Assembly (NCBI GenBank): GCA_963693365.1
Contig: CAVNZM010000013.1
Location: forward strand, 1,327,817 to 1,391,816
Origin: Amoebidium appalachense
Lineage: Eukaryota > Protista > Ichthyosporea
Direction of reading: 5' to 3'
DNA: 64,000 nt
In this document: positions 62,183-64,000 of the stretch, piece by piece
How positions within the stretch are numbered: position 1 is the first letter of the stretch
Layout: each line of letters opens with the position of its first letter
Made by a program: the position numbers and the translations under genes
Notes under the pieces: model-generated
Seen by the model: the letters and a program-made list of their open reading frames with translations, nothing else
Database searches by the model: none
Told to the model about the DNA's origin: nothing

Positions 62183-62456
62183 ACACGTGCACACACGTGT
62201 GTGTCTGCCTGTGTGCGTGTGCATGTGCGCACTCACGCACGTGCGCGCACACATGTTAGGGGACACGACACATGAAAACACAGGAGTCCTATAATGTGGA
62301 GGAATGGAGTCAGGAAAAAGCAAGGGAGGTCCTCTTGTGTGTGATGAGATATCTCAAGAAAGATTCGAAGATTTCACCGAAAACGTCAAGTGAATCGCTT
62401 CTTGAAGAGTCCGAGGGCCTCGGAAAACTGCATGTAAAGTTCTGTCTGAAGGTTCA
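60757..62456 (-). CDS. Probable 3' exons of an unidentified gene (62378-62456, 61499-61558, 61246-61263, 60757-60780)
   Basis: Phase-consistent AG/GT-bounded islands between microsatellite introns give [59 protein letters not shown]. No family recognised. Confidence 0.4.
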
Positions 62457-62889
62457 CTAAGTGTGTGTTTTGAGGAATCATCGATTGTTTTAAAGACGAT
62501 AAAATTGACTTAGGCTGAGACAGATGTAAGAATGCATCGGACAGACATATAGTTTGAGTCTGCACGGAGGGCCCAACCACATCGGGAGGTAAGTTCACCG
62601 GATGAAAGCCCTAGGTATAGGGAGATCGCATCACATATACTGTTAGAAGACATAATATTTGATACTATTTCGTACAAACCCAATAACCCAACCCTACGTG
62701 TGTCTGGGCCCTAAATGCCCCCCCCCCCCCCAACCCCAACCCCCTTTATGTCGCTTGGGGATCGAATCGTTCTCCCCTGACTACACGCCATCCTTGCGTC
62801 ATCAAATCGTGTTATATGTCCAATCAGAGGCGAGGGGACTATCGTCCGGTGAACATCTGTACCACATCGGCTGAGTCAACTTGAAAAAA

Positions 62890-63182
62890 GCAGAATTAAT
62901 TTTCAAAAGCAGAATCACTCTGCTTTTAGCAGAATTATTCTGCTTCTATGATAGAAGAATCATTCCCCCCAAAAGCAGAATTATTCTGTCGTCGAAAGCT
63001 GAATAACTCTGCTTTCAGCAGAGTAACTCTGCAGAATAATTTTGCTTTTGCAGAGTGATTCTGCTGTTTGCAGAATAATTCTGCTTCTTGCGGAATAATT
63101 CTATTTTGCTGAAAAATTCTGCTTTTAGCAGAATAATTCTGCCTTTTGCAGAATAATTCTGCTTTTTGCAGAATTATTCTGC
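62890..63182. repeat. Array of ~15 palindromic 15-mers (GCAGAATWATTCTGC), ~20-bp period
   Basis: Each unit is self-complementary and separated by short T/A runs. Degenerate copies continue to ~63475. Confidence 0.9.
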
Positions 63183-63859
63183 TCGGAACAAGTTACTCAA
63201 CCAATGTGGTTGGGCCCTGCACGGGAAATGGCTCATTAAACCATACGGGTTGCTGAACAGCTTGCTTTGCGCAAAATTATCCTGCATATGCAGAAATATG
63301 CTGAAAAATGCAGAAATATACTGCAAAATGCAGCAATAGTTGTGCGAGAAGCAGGGTAATTTGGCAACATGTGGCACTGATGATTATTCTGCAAAAAGCA
63401 GAATTATCGGTACAAAAAAGCAGTATTCTTTCACAAAAATACAGATTTGTTCACAGAATGCAGAATTACTCTGCATTAATATCTTCCCAAAAATATTTTT
63501 GTACAATTTTGAGCTGTAAGTTGAGGCTGAATCATCCTTCAACATTCAGCATTATCATTCAAGCAGATCATTCGTCAAAGAGCGAGAATCCTTCTGTGAA
63601 AACTGAGAATTTTTCTGCCGAGCAGACTATTTAAATTTTCGCCCATGCGGTTAGGCCTTCGAGGGAAATACATCTGCAACAAGGTATACATGCTACCTCC
63701 CCCCAGATGAGTATGCGCTTGCGTGCGCATGCCCACGTGTGTGTGTCTGTGCATGGGGGCGTGTTTCAGCACACACGCGCGCGCGCGTGTGTCTGTGCAT
63801 GTGTGTCTGTGCATGTGTGTGCGCTTATACGCGCGCACACGCGTGCGCCTTCATGTCAG

Positions 63860-63920
<61 letters not shown>

Positions 63921-63930
63921 TGTGTGCCAC

Positions 63931-63970
<40 letters not shown>

Positions 63971-64000
63971 CGCGCGCGCACGCGCGCGTTTGCGTGTGTG

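Noticed and set aside
62890-63182. CRISPR-like array
   Set aside because: Spacers are only ~5-nt T/A runs rather than unique 25-45-nt sequences, there are no cas genes, and the context is eukaryotic.
63225-63241. AATGGCTCATTAAA match to 18S rRNA
   Set aside because: Only ~14 nt, with no flanking rRNA similarity.

Overview
Eukaryotic nuclear DNA, rich in introns and saturated with (CA/GT)n, poly-G/C and (GA)n tracts; most of the six-frame ORFs are artefacts of these repeats. A non-animal opisthokont such as an ichthyosporean is plausible but is inference only. Supported contents: (1) a minus-strand MSH6 gene with about 33 small exons (291-25460, 3' end off-window) and an E2F/CCAAT/CRE-like promoter; (2) a divergent 3-exon KUP/HAK/KT K+ transporter; (3) two intronless, inverted paralogs of a class-C-GPCR-like multi-TM protein; (4) a 4-exon prokaryote-type L-fucose-isomerase-like gene with a putative mitochondrial presequence; (5) a LINE whose APE-RT ORF2 is split by a 2.5-kb LTR-like insert with a 5-bp TSD, removal of which restores the frame; (6) a dispersed family of 240-440-nt elements with covarying RNA helices and C/D-box-like motifs, one copy carrying a terminal direct repeat; (7) several minisatellites, including one that copies an exon end and one palindromic array; (8) probable 3' exons of another minus-strand gene. 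All coordinates were read by eye and no database searches were run.
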